Positions 1 through 9,684 of a DNA stretch of 64,000 nt are shown one piece after another (the first letter of the stretch is position 1; each line of letters begins with the position of its first letter). The notes under the pieces are model-generated. The model saw only the letters and a program-made list of their open reading frames with translations, was not told the origin of the DNA and made no database searches. The stretch is taken from the IMG/VR virus record IMGVR_UViG_3300026549_000032, positions 64,001-128,000 of that record, one strand, 5' to 3'. The position numbers were made by a program, and so were the translations under genes. This DNA comes from a virus. Lineage: Duplodnaviria > Caudoviricetes.

Positions 1-2
1 AT

Positions 3-1373
3 GGTACTAAGGTAAGTGCAATTGCTGCTGACGGTGAAACCTATACTATTAAGCAGGGTACTACTGATGTTGCTACTATCAATATTGCTAAAGATATGGT
101 AGTTAGCTCTGGTTCAGTTATCACTGCTACTGGTGAAGAAACTGACGTTCCTACTGGCACTACTCTTGTAACTGGTAAGAAATATGTTCGTTTGGTTATT
201 AAAGACTCAACTGATGGTAAGAACATTTATATTGCTGTTGATGAGTTGTATGATGACTACTCATTTACTGATAGTTCTGAAATTGATTTCGCTGAGTCAA
301 ATAATGACGTAACTGCATCTATTAAGACGGGTTCTATTGCTGAGAGTAAACTCGATTCAGCACTTCAGGCAAAAATTGCTGGTGCAAGAACTGTTCTTGT
401 TGAAATTGCTCAGACAACTCCTGCTACTAAGCATATCACAGTAACTAAGACCGCCGGTACGGGATCAACTCCAGATTCCTATACGATTGCTGAGCACGAT
501 ATTGCATCGGCTGCTGCTCTTACTCAGGAAATCTCAGACCGCCAATCTGGTGATGCTGCTCTGCTGGGTGCAAGCACAGATGCATCTACTGCTAATACTA
601 TCTACGGTGCAAAGAAGGGTGTTGAGGAAGCAAAGGCTGCTGCCGCAACTGCTAAGACCGTAGTGAACGCTAAAACCCCAAGCACGGGTGAGCATATTAC
701 AGTAACTGTTACTCAAGACTCTACAGATAGTCATGATATTGTAACAATTTCTGAGAATGACATTGCAAGTGCTCAGCTCGTTGGTACAATTCCCGCCGGT
801 GCTACTTCCACAACAGTAACTGAATATGCTGCTGAGGTTGCATCTAGTGAGGCTAATGCTGCTGAAACTGCTGCTAAGGGTTATGCAGATGCAATTACAG
901 TAAACAGTAAAGGTAAAGGTCAAGACACTCAGAATATACTTATCGATGGTTCCGACATCGCCTTGACCGGATATACTGCTAAATCGGGTGCTGGAAATGA
1001 CGATGTTGCTGCTACTGATACAGTAAGTGCAGCTATCAAGAAAGTCGAGACTAAAGTAGACAACCTTGACTCTGCTTCTCCGTTTGGGTACACTAATGCA
1101 TCTAACAAGTCTACTGTACTTAAAGGCAGTAACTTAACTGCTCAAAACGTCAGTGAAGTAGCAGTTGGTCAATACAACGTATCAAGATCAGGTAAGACTC
1201 AGTTCTCTGTTGGTATTGGTGATGCAGTTAATGGCCAGAAAAATGGTATTGAAGTTCAAAACGACGGTACAATTATTATCTACCCATATGCTTCTAATGG
1301 CACCTTCTCAACGACTTCTGCTATTCTTCAGGAAATTCTGCACAACGAGATTGACTGGTACGAGGGAGCCTAA
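3..1373 (+). CDS. Tail fibre / virion structural protein, 5'-truncated
   Basis: Frame open from nt 3; A/T/S/G-rich fibre-like composition; C-terminal VGQYN...FSVGIG...KNGIEV segment typical of Bacteroidota phage fibre/adhesin tips. Confidence 0.65.
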   Translation, partial: GTKVSAIAADGETYTIKQGTTDVATINIAKDMVVSSGSVITATGEETDVPTGTTLVTGKKYVRLVIKDSTDGKNIYIAVDELYDDYSFTDSSEIDFAESNNDVTASIKTGSIAESKLDSALQAKIAGARTVLVEIAQTTPATKHITVTKTAGTGSTPDSYTIAEHDIASAAALTQEISDRQSGDAALLGASTDASTANTIYGAKKGVEEAKAAAATAKTVVNAKTPSTGEHITVTVTQDSTDSHDIVTISENDIASAQLVGTIPAGATSTTVTEYAAEVASSEANAAETAAKGYADAITVNSKGKGQDTQNILIDGSDIALTGYTAKSGAGNDDVAATDTVSAAIKKVETKVDNLDSASPFGYTNASNKSTVLKGSNLTAQNVSEVAVGQYNVSRSGKTQFSVGIGDAVNGQKNGIEVQNDGTIIIYPYASNGTFSTTSAILQEILHNEIDWYEGA

Positions 1374-1453
1374 TTAATCCTATATATTTCCAGGTGCGTA
1401 GGGAAGATTGAACTTCTCTCTTCTCTACCACCTTTTCTATAAAACAATAACAA

Positions 1454-3031
1454 ATGGCAAGTGAACTTATTCCAAATAAATTTATATGCTACCAGACTGA
1501 GGCTGCATTTCTCGTAGACAAAAACGCTGGTTATATCTCGAATAGATCTATTGCATTTGTTCTTGACAAAGAGTATATTTACTTTAGTGGAAAGACCTTC
1601 TCTGGTGGTCTAGACCAATCTGCAGTTGAGGCACTTATCCCTTCGTCCCTCCCTGACCCAAATTCATTAACTGTTCAGCAGAATGATACCAATATACTTA
1701 CCTTTAATGGTTCTTCTGCACAAACACTAAATTTTAAGGACGGTACGAACGTAACGGTTACGGAAGATTCTAGCGGAAATATAGTTATTTCTGCAACAGA
1801 CACTACATATACTAATATGTCAGCTGATGCAGGAAAAACTGGGACCGATACTACAGGAAGATTGATTAGTGCTGCTACCCTGAAGGCTATTATCGACGAT
1901 CGTGGTTATATTACTACCTCTGCCTTAAGTGGTTACTTGCAGTCTAGTGATGTGTCTGTTAGTAAGAGTGGACAAACCCTGACTGTAACAGTAGGTTCAA
2001 CTAGTGAGTCTCTGACAAACACGGATACGACCTATGATACGATGACATCGGAGGAAGGTATTACTGGTACAGATACTACAGCTCGTGTCATTACTCCTGC
2101 TGTCTTGAAGGCTATTATTGATGATAGAGGATTCTTAACGAGTCACCAGTCACTGACAGGTTATGCACAGGAGGCTAATCAGAGTGTCTCTAAGTCGGGT
2201 CAGACCTTGACGGTTAAAATAAATGGTACTACGGAGTCCTTGACCAATACAGATACATCGGTCACTTCTGCTGCTAATCACTATTCACCTACCAAGAATA
2301 ATGACTCAACCCTTACTGCTTCTGGTGGAACACTGGCAGGCGTAGGAACAGAGGTTCAGGTCATAACAGGAATCGAGCGAGACGCAAAAGGCCACGTGAC
2401 AGGTATTACGAGTGCTGGTGTTAAAAACACAGATACAGTCTATACTCACCCAACCTTTGAAGCTATCACAGGAAAGCCGACAGGCAATCAAACTCCTGCT
2501 TTCGGTGGAACATTCACTATTTCTCAGGTGAGTCGTAATACGGAGGGTCATGTATCGGCCATAACAGATCGTACTGTTACTATTCCTTCAGCTACCGCTA
2601 CAACTTCAGCTGCAGGTCTTATGTCTAGTGATGATAAGACTAAGCTGAATGGTATTGAGACAGGGGCTCAGATTAATACGATAACTGGTGTAAAGGGTAA
2701 TTCTGAAACTAACTATAGAACGGGGAATGTTAATATAACCGCTGCTAACATAGGTTTAGGCAACGTCAATAATACAAGTGATGCCAACAAGCCCGTATCA
2801 ACTGCCATGCAGGCTGCTCTCGATAAGAAGGTTGACAAGACAACTTTGGATGTTTGGGAAGAGACTACAGCAGCTGCTATTAATGATATTCTGGCAGATC
2901 CATACTCAGAAGTTTACAAGAGAATTGAAGACTTCTCAGAAAATACGGAGGATACGTTTGCAGCCGGTCTTAATGACCTGAGGTCTATGATTCAGAACCT
3001 ACAAGAACAAATAAATGCATTGAAAACATAA
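1454..3031 (+). CDS. Tail fibre protein
   Basis: Thr/Ser-rich; ~76 aa tandem duplication; ATTSAAGLMSSDDKTKLNGI and IGLGNVNNTSDANKPVSTA fibre motifs; C-terminal coiled coil. Confidence 0.75.
   Translation: MASELIPNKFICYQTEAAFLVDKNAGYISNRSIAFVLDKEYIYFSGKTFSGGLDQSAVEALIPSSLPDPNSLTVQQNDTNILTFNGSSAQTLNFKDGTNVTVTEDSSGNIVISATDTTYTNMSADAGKTGTDTTGRLISAATLKAIIDDRGYITTSALSGYLQSSDVSVSKSGQTLTVTVGSTSESLTNTDTTYDTMTSEEGITGTDTTARVITPAVLKAIIDDRGFLTSHQSLTGYAQEANQSVSKSGQTLTVKINGTTESLTNTDTSVTSAANHYSPTKNNDSTLTASGGTLAGVGTEVQVITGIERDAKGHVTGITSAGVKNTDTVYTHPTFEAITGKPTGNQTPAFGGTFTISQVSRNTEGHVSAITDRTVTIPSATATTSAAGLMSSDDKTKLNGIETGAQINTITGVKGNSETNYRTGNVNITAANIGLGNVNNTSDANKPVSTAMQAALDKKVDKTTLDVWEETTAAAINDILADPYSEVYKRIEDFSENTEDTFAAGLNDLRSMIQNLQEQINALKT
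1796..2252 (+). repeat. Intragenic tandem duplication (~76 aa unit x2) in tail fibre
   Basis: TDTTY...GTDTT.R.I....LKAIIDDRG....SVSKSGQTLTV....ESLTN occurs twice. Confidence 0.9.
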
Positions 3032-3033
3032 TC

Positions 3034-3624
3034 ATGATTACAAAATATAGAGTAGATATGTCGTCTCAGCCTCAGCCGGACGTTCTTCGTATCTCTGAAA
3101 ATTCTTCTAAGACTGTCTGGAGAGTATACTTCGATAGGGAGGAAGTTGAATCGGAGCAGACACGTGGAGAAGGTGAAGAGCCTGAGATCACAATTCAATA
3201 TCGTGCTAAGTTTATCGAGGTCACTCTGGCTACTGGTGTAACGCCAGTTCCCATTGATATCCTTCGCAGTGAAGTTATCAAGGAGATCACAGCCTATGAC
3301 GTCTCTTCTAATGTAAATGGTTTTATCTTGAACGGTAATGTCGTTTGGCTGGATAAGGATACTCGTGTAGGTCTTATGAACTCCACCTCTATCCAGAAGA
3401 GCGCTGGCTTAACGGAAACTGTTCTTTGGCTCGGTGAGACACCTCTCCGCATTAATTGCGACTTAGCTATTCAATTACTGTCTGCGCTGGAGCTTTATGC
3501 CCTGGAGTGCTTTAATAAGACAGCAGAGCATAGAAAAAATGTCCTTGCATTAGAGACCATTGACGAGATACTGGCCTACGATTATACGCAAGGATATCCT
3601 GCCATGCTCGAGATGAACGTATAA
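3034..3624 (+). CDS. DUF4376-like protein (probable tail fibre assembly partner)
   Basis: EITAYDVSSNVNGF...WLDKDTRVGL...LELYALECFNKT...YDYTQGYP; directly follows the fibre gene. Confidence 0.75.
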   Translation: MITKYRVDMSSQPQPDVLRISENSSKTVWRVYFDREEVESEQTRGEGEEPEITIQYRAKFIEVTLATGVTPVPIDILRSEVIKEITAYDVSSNVNGFILNGNVVWLDKDTRVGLMNSTSIQKSAGLTETVLWLGETPLRINCDLAIQLLSALELYALECFNKTAEHRKNVLALETIDEILAYDYTQGYPAMLEMNV

Positions 3625-3627
3625 TAA

Positions 3628-4137
3628 ATGATTATACCTGCTGTGTGTTCCCTTGTTCTCTTGGGAACCTATACTATATGGTTCTGTGTGAAGTACGGTA
3701 TCCCTGAGAGTCTTTCTCAGAGTTATTACTACATTCCTTGGAAGCCACTATGGACTCTTGTTCTTATGGCGGCTGGATTTCTCGTTCTCCCCGAGTGCAT
3801 GGATAGAGCTTCCAATGCTCCCACACAGATTATTCCCTTCGTTGGTATCTTTGGTTTGCTCTTGGTGGCAGCCGCACCCAGGGTAAGGGATTATGAAAGA
3901 ACTACACACATAATAGGTGCCTCTGTGGCAGGGATATTCTCACAGTTATGGGTAATCTTATACGGAAAGCCATGGACCCTGTGTGTATGGTTTATCATAC
4001 TCGGTCTATTCTTGATCGGGCATATACAAAATAGAGAGTTAACATTTGGAGAAGTCTTGGATAAGTACAAGATAGTCTTCTGGGGAGAAGTCGCCTGTTT
4101 CTTCACTTTATATATAAATCTATTATGCTTAAAATAA
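3628..4137 (+). CDS. Multi-pass membrane protein
   Basis: 5-6 hydrophobic segments; GIPESLSQSYY motif. Confidence 0.7.
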   Translation: MIIPAVCSLVLLGTYTIWFCVKYGIPESLSQSYYYIPWKPLWTLVLMAAGFLVLPECMDRASNAPTQIIPFVGIFGLLLVAAAPRVRDYERTTHIIGASVAGIFSQLWVILYGKPWTLCVWFIILGLFLIGHIQNRELTFGEVLDKYKIVFWGEVACFFTLYINLLCLK

Positions 4138-4388
4138 TTGAACGGTGGAAATGCACAGTTGCCTACTTCCTAGTATGCTTCTTCTTATTCATGCTAGTTT
4201 TTGTATGCGTCGCTCCTTTCTACCGAGAAAATCCATGCATTCCACGAGCATCTGGCATGATGGCCGTTATGTTTATGAGTATGTGGAAAGAACTTTGGTA
4301 CGATAAAAAGTACGGCGAGAAAGTAAAGAATTCTTGGGTCGGACTCCTCGGAGGTATGATCGGAGCTGCTTTCACGTTTATTCTCTAA
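4125..4388 (+). CDS. Small membrane protein
   Basis: Three hydrophobic segments; overlaps upstream stop. Confidence 0.6.
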   Translation: MLKIIERWKCTVAYFLVCFFLFMLVFVCVAPFYRENPCIPRASGMMAVMFMSMWKELWYDKKYGEKVKNSWVGLLGGMIGAAFTFIL

Positions 4389-4437
4389 AAATAAAAGACT
4401 CTCTAGGGCTTATTAAAGGCTCCAGGGAGTCCCTTTT

Positions 4438-4448
4438 TCTTACTAATG
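4438..4448 (+). promoter_or_regulatory. Putative phage promoter box TCTTACTAATG, 2 nt before ATG 4451
   Basis: Matches recurring (C/T)CTTA-N4-TG motif. Confidence 0.6.
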
Positions 4449-4450
4449 AT

Positions 4451-5275
4451 ATGAAAAAGATTTTAATATTACCTGACATACATGGACGTATGTTTTGGAA
4501 AGAACCTGAAGTCCAGACCGCCTGGGGTGAAGCTGATCATGTTGTGTTCCTGGGAGACTACTTAGATTCCTATCCATGGGAAGGAATTTCCTGGAAGAGG
4601 GCGTGGGATAACTTTATGGAGATAGTCGAGGCTAAGAAGAAGGAACCAAAAAAGGTTACGCTTCTCTTAGGGAACCATGACTATCACTATGCCTTCTCTG
4701 AGATTGTTGGAATGAAAGGAAGCAGGTTCAACTGGGATGAAGCTCCAAAGACAACACGTTTCTTCCAGGATAACTTAGGACTATTCCAGTTTGCTTGGTC
4801 TATGACAAATTCAAAAGGTCTTGTCTACCTCTTTACTCATGCAGGGGTAGTGGGCGGTTGGGTTAAGAGTAACAAGCTAGTTCCCCCAGCTTCGACAAGA
4901 GTAGCATCATGGCTAAACAATTTTGTGGTGAATCCAGATACGCTTCTCTCTATGATGTGGGATGTCTCCAGAGATAGAGGTGGTTATGCTAGATATGGTT
5001 CCCCTATCTGGGCCGATCATGAAGAACATCACTGGAATACATGGAGAGAAAAGAAAATATATCAGATCTTCGGACATTCTCAAGGGTGTTATCACTGGAT
5101 TGCCGGAGACCATTCGGCCTGTCTTGATTGCAGAAGACCATTCATCCTTCTCCCTGAGAGCGGTATTTTTGGAGAACCAGAGACAGTCGAAGGTAATAGA
5201 TACTGGACAAAGGTTATAGAAACATCCGGCCTTCCCACCAAAGAGTGGGTTGATGCTTGGATTAATGAGATATAA
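4451..5275 (+). CDS. Calcineurin-like metallophosphoesterase
   Basis: DIHG, GDYLD, GNHD, THAG, FGHS motifs; start moved to ATG 4451. Confidence 0.9.
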   Translation: MKKILILPDIHGRMFWKEPEVQTAWGEADHVVFLGDYLDSYPWEGISWKRAWDNFMEIVEAKKKEPKKVTLLLGNHDYHYAFSEIVGMKGSRFNWDEAPKTTRFFQDNLGLFQFAWSMTNSKGLVYLFTHAGVVGGWVKSNKLVPPASTRVASWLNNFVVNPDTLLSMMWDVSRDRGGYARYGSPIWADHEEHHWNTWREKKIYQIFGHSQGCYHWIAGDHSACLDCRRPFILLPESGIFGEPETVEGNRYWTKVIETSGLPTKEWVDAWINEI

Positions 5276-5289
5276 AAAAAAGAAGAGAG

Positions 5290-5766
5290 TTAAGTATAAA
5301 ACTTACTCTCTTTAATTTCCTTCTCGATATCTGGACTGAGGAGTCCTCTCTGATATAGGATTAGGACAGACTCTTTTCCCTTCCCCTTAGCGGACAGGAC
5401 AGATTTGGGGTCTTTAAGGTTCGTGGTTACTCCCTCTGCCCTGAGAATAGACATGTTCCTATTGTAGGTAACACTATCATCACCCACTTTATAGAGAAGG
5501 TCAAAGGTGGTTGATTCTCGGATAGGGAACAGTTCGCTTATTCCTACTACCCTGCCAGTACTCTCTAGGAAATGTGTCTCGTGGGAATAGAAGAACCTAC
5601 TCTTGAAGTCTCGATCCTCCGACAGGTAGTCATAAAAGTCAGACCATCCAATCAAGATATCGTCCTCTGAGTCCCCAATAGTCCAAGGACATCCTTTCTC
5701 GTCTAAGTATTTGGTTAGGTCGTATCCTTTATCGGCCGTATCAGCTCTGACTAGTACTTTTAACAT
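5290..5766 (-). CDS. Hypothetical protein
   Basis: 158 aa ORF overlapping the end of the ATP-grasp gene. Confidence 0.65.
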   Translation of the reverse strand: MLKVLVRADTADKGYDLTKYLDEKGCPWTIGDSEDDILIGWSDFYDYLSEDRDFKSRFFYSHETHFLESTGRVVGISELFPIRESTTFDLLYKVGDDSVTYNRNMSILRAEGVTTNLKDPKSVLSAKGKGKESVLILYQRGLLSPDIEKEIKESKFYT

Positions 5767-6484
5767 AGTCCCAAGCCCTCTTTAACATGAGAGGCAACTT
5801 CTGATAATCACTAAAACCATAAAGTCCACAGCTAATGAATTCATGAGCCTCCATAACGACGGTCATAACTACACCCTCCTTATTCTTGATTACAGCAAAG
5901 TCCATGGTTAGGGCAGGACAGGTGAGACCAGACAACTTAATAGCCCTCTTCATCTTAAAAGGTTCAGGGAAGATTAGTGGATCTCCTGAATATGGCTGAC
6001 AGGCTATAATCTCACCTCCCCAGACGAAGCACCTCCACTCCGACAAGACATCTAAGGGAAGTCGGAATTGGTAGTTCTGATTAGGGTCAAGGGTAGTGAG
6101 GTCCGTGACTAAGCCATTTATGTCGTCCTTAAGGGAAACAGTAGACTTGACATAGAGAGGCATAGCCGCCTTAAACTTCTCTGGTAAGTCGCCCACTTTA
6201 CCAACCCAAGCGCCACCAGTCCAAGTATCGTTCTCTAGGAGGGGAGTTGGAACATTGATTGGCTTGATGGTTAGCCCAGAGAAGGCCTTAACAAACTCTA
6301 TTGTTCCAACAGGTATCCAATCTGGGTCAAGTATGTCTTTCTTGGCAAGGAGTTCCTCCAAAGACATATAGGTAATCGAGAAGGGTTCTTTGCGCCAGTT
6401 CCAGTATTCCTGGGCGCGTTCTAATTCAAAACAAAAATCTAATGTAACTCTTTCGTTAATCGTTTGAATAATAAATTTCATCAT
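5741..6484 (-). CDS. ATP-grasp domain protein (DUF4343-like)
   Basis: PVGTIEFV, YVKS, EWRCFV..G.I, MDFAV, VVMEAH..SCGLYG. Confidence 0.75.
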   Translation of the reverse strand: MMKFIIQTINERVTLDFCFELERAQEYWNWRKEPFSITYMSLEELLAKKDILDPDWIPVGTIEFVKAFSGLTIKPINVPTPLLENDTWTGGAWVGKVGDLPEKFKAAMPLYVKSTVSLKDDINGLVTDLTTLDPNQNYQFRLPLDVLSEWRCFVWGGEIIACQPYSGDPLIFPEPFKMKRAIKLSGLTCPALTMDFAVIKNKEGVVMTVVMEAHEFISCGLYGFSDYQKLPLMLKRAWDYVKSTSQS

Positions 6485-6486
6485 AT

Positions 6487-6497
6487 CACCTATAAGG
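6487..6497 (-). promoter_or_regulatory. Putative promoter box CCTTATAGGTG, 2 nt before ATG
   Basis: Recurring motif. Confidence 0.65.
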
Positions 6498-6587
6498 CTG
6501 TGAGAAAATAAAAAAGGAGAAAATTACTTTCTCCTAAATTTTTTTAAAGTCGCTGTCCTTTCAAAGTCCAGCTCCACTGTCCATTAC

Positions 6588-7514
6588 TCATTCACAAGAG
6601 CTGAAGAAAGGTAACACATGGTACCTGCAACCCAGGCAAGCGTAATAGGGCCAGCGGCTCCAGCCACCATTACTGTTCAGGCGCCAAACCGAATCAGCGC
6701 TTCGCATTGAGGATGAGTAGAACCAATAGCCCCAAGGTATGTTCTCTAAGCCAAGGGCAAACCTAGTTATATTAATCTCTGCCAAAGACAGGAATGCTTC
6801 TTTAAGCTCACCAGTGGCCGGTACGTAACCACCAAGCTTTCTAGCTTTTTCGAAAGCAGGGAATTCTAGATCAGGGTTCTTGAGTAGAATGTCTCTCTGA
6901 TTTTCCTCACCATTCATATCACGGTCAGCTTCTTCAAACTTCATAGTCTTGGCCGTATTAATGATTCGGGAGGTACAGAATACTACATCCTGAAACCATT
7001 CTGTTGATATTATATGTTTGCCAACCTTAATACCAATCACGCCCTTTCTTTCTCGGCCTTCCTGAACACTTACTATACTTTTATCCATTAAGAGTACCTC
7101 TAATGCAAACTGGGGAACAAGGGACTCCAAGGTCTTAGTGTAGAGTTGTTCTGTGGCTCGGGAAACAGTATCTTTAGTGATATGTAACTTCCTCGCAGCT
7201 ACCTGATTCAAGTCATCTTGTATCCACATTCTCGTTCCTGCTGGGATTGTGGCTTTGAAAATCTCTCCACCGTTGTCATTTCTTCTAGCTTCGACGGGAT
7301 TCAGGTAGGCATGTATAGCTCCACCATTCAAGGAAAACTTATATCCATATTCGTCAAAGTTGGGGTCCCCGGAGGGAGTTAAGTCTTTTCCTAACTTAAC
7401 AGGATAGCCTTGGTAGGGAGTTTTATATCCATCTGCGCCCTTCTTTAGGACTTTATAAACTGTAATATCTTCTTTTGTTACAAATCCGTTTTTATTTCCA
7501 ACGTATAAACACAT
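6588..7514 (-). CDS. Two-domain phage protein with C-terminal CLec/DUF1566-like domain (possible DGR target)
   Basis: YVPATGEL...WFYSSS....VW.L...GG.....V.PF pattern resembles the C-type-lectin fold tail. Confidence 0.5.
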   Translation of the reverse strand: MCLYVGNKNGFVTKEDITVYKVLKKGADGYKTPYQGYPVKLGKDLTPSGDPNFDEYGYKFSLNGGAIHAYLNPVEARRNDNGGEIFKATIPAGTRMWIQDDLNQVAARKLHITKDTVSRATEQLYTKTLESLVPQFALEVLLMDKSIVSVQEGRERKGVIGIKVGKHIISTEWFQDVVFCTSRIINTAKTMKFEEADRDMNGEENQRDILLKNPDLEFPAFEKARKLGGYVPATGELKEAFLSLAEINITRFALGLENIPWGYWFYSSSMRSADSVWRLNSNGGWSRWPYYACLGCRYHVLPFFSSCE

Positions 7515-7621
7515 AATTTTAACTTAGTTTGTCTGTTTCTATGAGTAAGGCTTTGAAAAAGAAAAAGGAGGGAGAGAAAGATATTAAAATCTAATCTCTC
7601 CTCATAATTAAAATGATAATT

Positions 7622-9565
7622 TTATTTCAAGGATATGAGTTCAAAACCATTTATTCGTTTGTTCTCGCTATCTGACCAAACCTTAGTGGGTTTAATATCA
7701 AACCACTCTAGCATGTCATTTGCTTTTGCATTTTTATTAATTGAGAGCTCTCGGTATACTTGTCCCAAAATTGATTTAATGTCTTTTGAAGACAGTTTAT
7801 CTCCAGCATTAAAGATACTATAGACTTTTTCTTTAAGGGCATCAGATTTAGTATCTACCACCATTAGCTCTCGTAACTCATTGTCTCTAAACTCATGAGC
7901 TTTACAGGTAGTAGTTCCGAGATATCCATAATAATCTTTAAACCTAGGGTCTCTAATCTCAAACTCAAGTCTCCTAGCTATGTAATCATTTCCTGAAAAA
8001 GAGTCCCTAAACTTGCAATATAGTTCAAGTCGATTATTAAAAGTAGTGTAACTATTAAATTCTTCCAAGAACAACTCAATATACTCTTCATCTCTGTGAC
8101 GAAAATCTTGTTGTTCAACACTTAAACTTTCATCTTGTAAAGAGCTAATAGCACGGGTTACACTAATTCTATCCTGATAGTCCTCTTGAGCAACTTCCCA
8201 AGCTCGCTCATGAGCAATCTCAATAAAGTTATTATAGACAGGTCTATCTAACTTCTCAGAAATACTCATGAAGTTATCACTATATAAACTCAATCCTTTC
8301 TTTAAAAGCTTAGCGTAATATCCTTTATATAGTGCGAGGTTTACTCTTCTGCCATCATCGTCCATATTATCATAGTAATTTCTCAACAGAGTCTCAGTAT
8401 CTGCTTTTCTTTGAGCTTGAAGTTTTTCGAAATCCTCTCTGGTTATCTTATTACCTTCTCTAAGAACTTTATAGAAAATTACTATATTATTCTTGAATGG
8501 ATTCTCTCTATCTCTTTGTCTACCAGCTATTTGTGGGAGATCAAGGGAAATATCTACGGCTAAGCACTGTAGGTTAGGGTCAGCGAAGATATAAGTAGAT
8601 GCACACTTACTATAGAAATCGGCACCTATATAACAAGTGGAGGTACAGAAAGTAAACATCTTATTAGGTTCGTTTTCCATTGGAATCTGACCACGAGTAA
8701 AACCAACCTCCTTTAAGGCCTGGATGTTCTTCTCAGTTTCGCTACAAAGGATATTAACTTCTGATGGATCAAAGTTACCATTCCTTAAGATCCGAGTAAT
8801 ATCTTTGACAGAATTAAAATAGAAAACAGCCTCCTTGCTCTGACAAACCTTCCCCTGGTCGTTGACCGTAATAGGGAAATTTCCCTCTCGATAGTTCTCA
8901 ATAATTCTCATAGCTTCTTTAGGGAGAGATTTAACCAGACGTCTTTGGATGATCAAAGTATCAACACTCCCTGATTTACTCCAATCAAGCTGGTAATAGT
9001 CCAAACCAGCGAATTCAGGGATTCTGCTCAGGTACTTCTCAAGCATGGGAGTAGCACTGAGAAAGAGGACATTAGGACATTCGTGGATAGTCTCTAGGAA
9101 ATTATTCTCAACCCCTGCTTTAAAATAGGCGTCAACGAAAATTGACTGAAACTCATCCACGACAAAGATAAACTGATCCAAAAGATTACGAGACTTTAAG
9201 TAATCAACAACGTAGTGAGTAGAGTCATAGGTAACCATAAACTTAATAGCCTGACCAGTGGTTAAGCAGGATAGGATATGATTAGCCATAATATCACTCA
9301 GTGAGTCTACATCTTTGAAATCCTTTATTTCGTTCTTCAGGTAGATAATATTCTTTTCCTCTTGATGTTTTCTGGCTTTATTCTCCAAGAGCATCTTCCT
9401 TGGGGAACAAAGAACAACGTGTCTGTTATTAGTCAAACACAATTCGGTGTAACCACATCCGGTCACACCTTTATCAACAATACATTGCCCTTCAGGCAAT
9501 TCATAGTCTTTCCATTCGGAAATATATCTAGTTCCAAAGGGAACTGTCATTGGAATTATATTCAT
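7622..9565 (-). CDS. SF2 helicase-like / origin-binding-like protein, paralog A
   Basis: TGCGYT (degenerate Walker A), SPR, VTYDS, DEFQ, LSATP, YIGADF, QIAGRQR; basic C-terminal domain. Confidence 0.75.
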   Translation of the reverse strand: MNIIPMTVPFGTRYISEWKDYELPEGQCIVDKGVTGCGYTELCLTNNRHVVLCSPRKMLLENKARKHQEEKNIIYLKNEIKDFKDVDSLSDIMANHILSCLTTGQAIKFMVTYDSTHYVVDYLKSRNLLDQFIFVVDEFQSIFVDAYFKAGVENNFLETIHECPNVLFLSATPMLEKYLSRIPEFAGLDYYQLDWSKSGSVDTLIIQRRLVKSLPKEAMRIIENYREGNFPITVNDQGKVCQSKEAVFYFNSVKDITRILRNGNFDPSEVNILCSETEKNIQALKEVGFTRGQIPMENEPNKMFTFCTSTCYIGADFYSKCASTYIFADPNLQCLAVDISLDLPQIAGRQRDRENPFKNNIVIFYKVLREGNKITREDFEKLQAQRKADTETLLRNYYDNMDDDGRRVNLALYKGYYAKLLKKGLSLYSDNFMSISEKLDRPVYNNFIEIAHERAWEVAQEDYQDRISVTRAISSLQDESLSVEQQDFRHRDEEYIELFLEEFNSYTTFNNRLELYCKFRDSFSGNDYIARRLEFEIRDPRFKDYYGYLGTTTCKAHEFRDNELRELMVVDTKSDALKEKVYSIFNAGDKLSSKDIKSILGQVYRELSINKNAKANDMLEWFDIKPTKVWSDSENKRINGFELISLK

Positions 9566-9592
9566 TGTATAATTTTAATTTTCTTCTCCTTT

Positions 9593-9628
9593 CATGGGTA
9601 AAGGTTTCAAGTCGTCCCGAGCGCAAAA
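9593..9628 (-). promoter_or_regulatory. Putative promoter TTTGCG-N21-TA-N4-TG upstream of paralog A
   Basis: Reverse strand TTTGCGCTCGGGACGACTTGAAACCTTTACCCATG; same spacing as the 24772 (-) and 60881 (+) promoters. Confidence 0.55.
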
Positions 9629-9684
9629 TTTTCATTTCACGCTCGCGCGAAGAGGGATCTAAGCAGAGATATTCTTTTTCTTTG

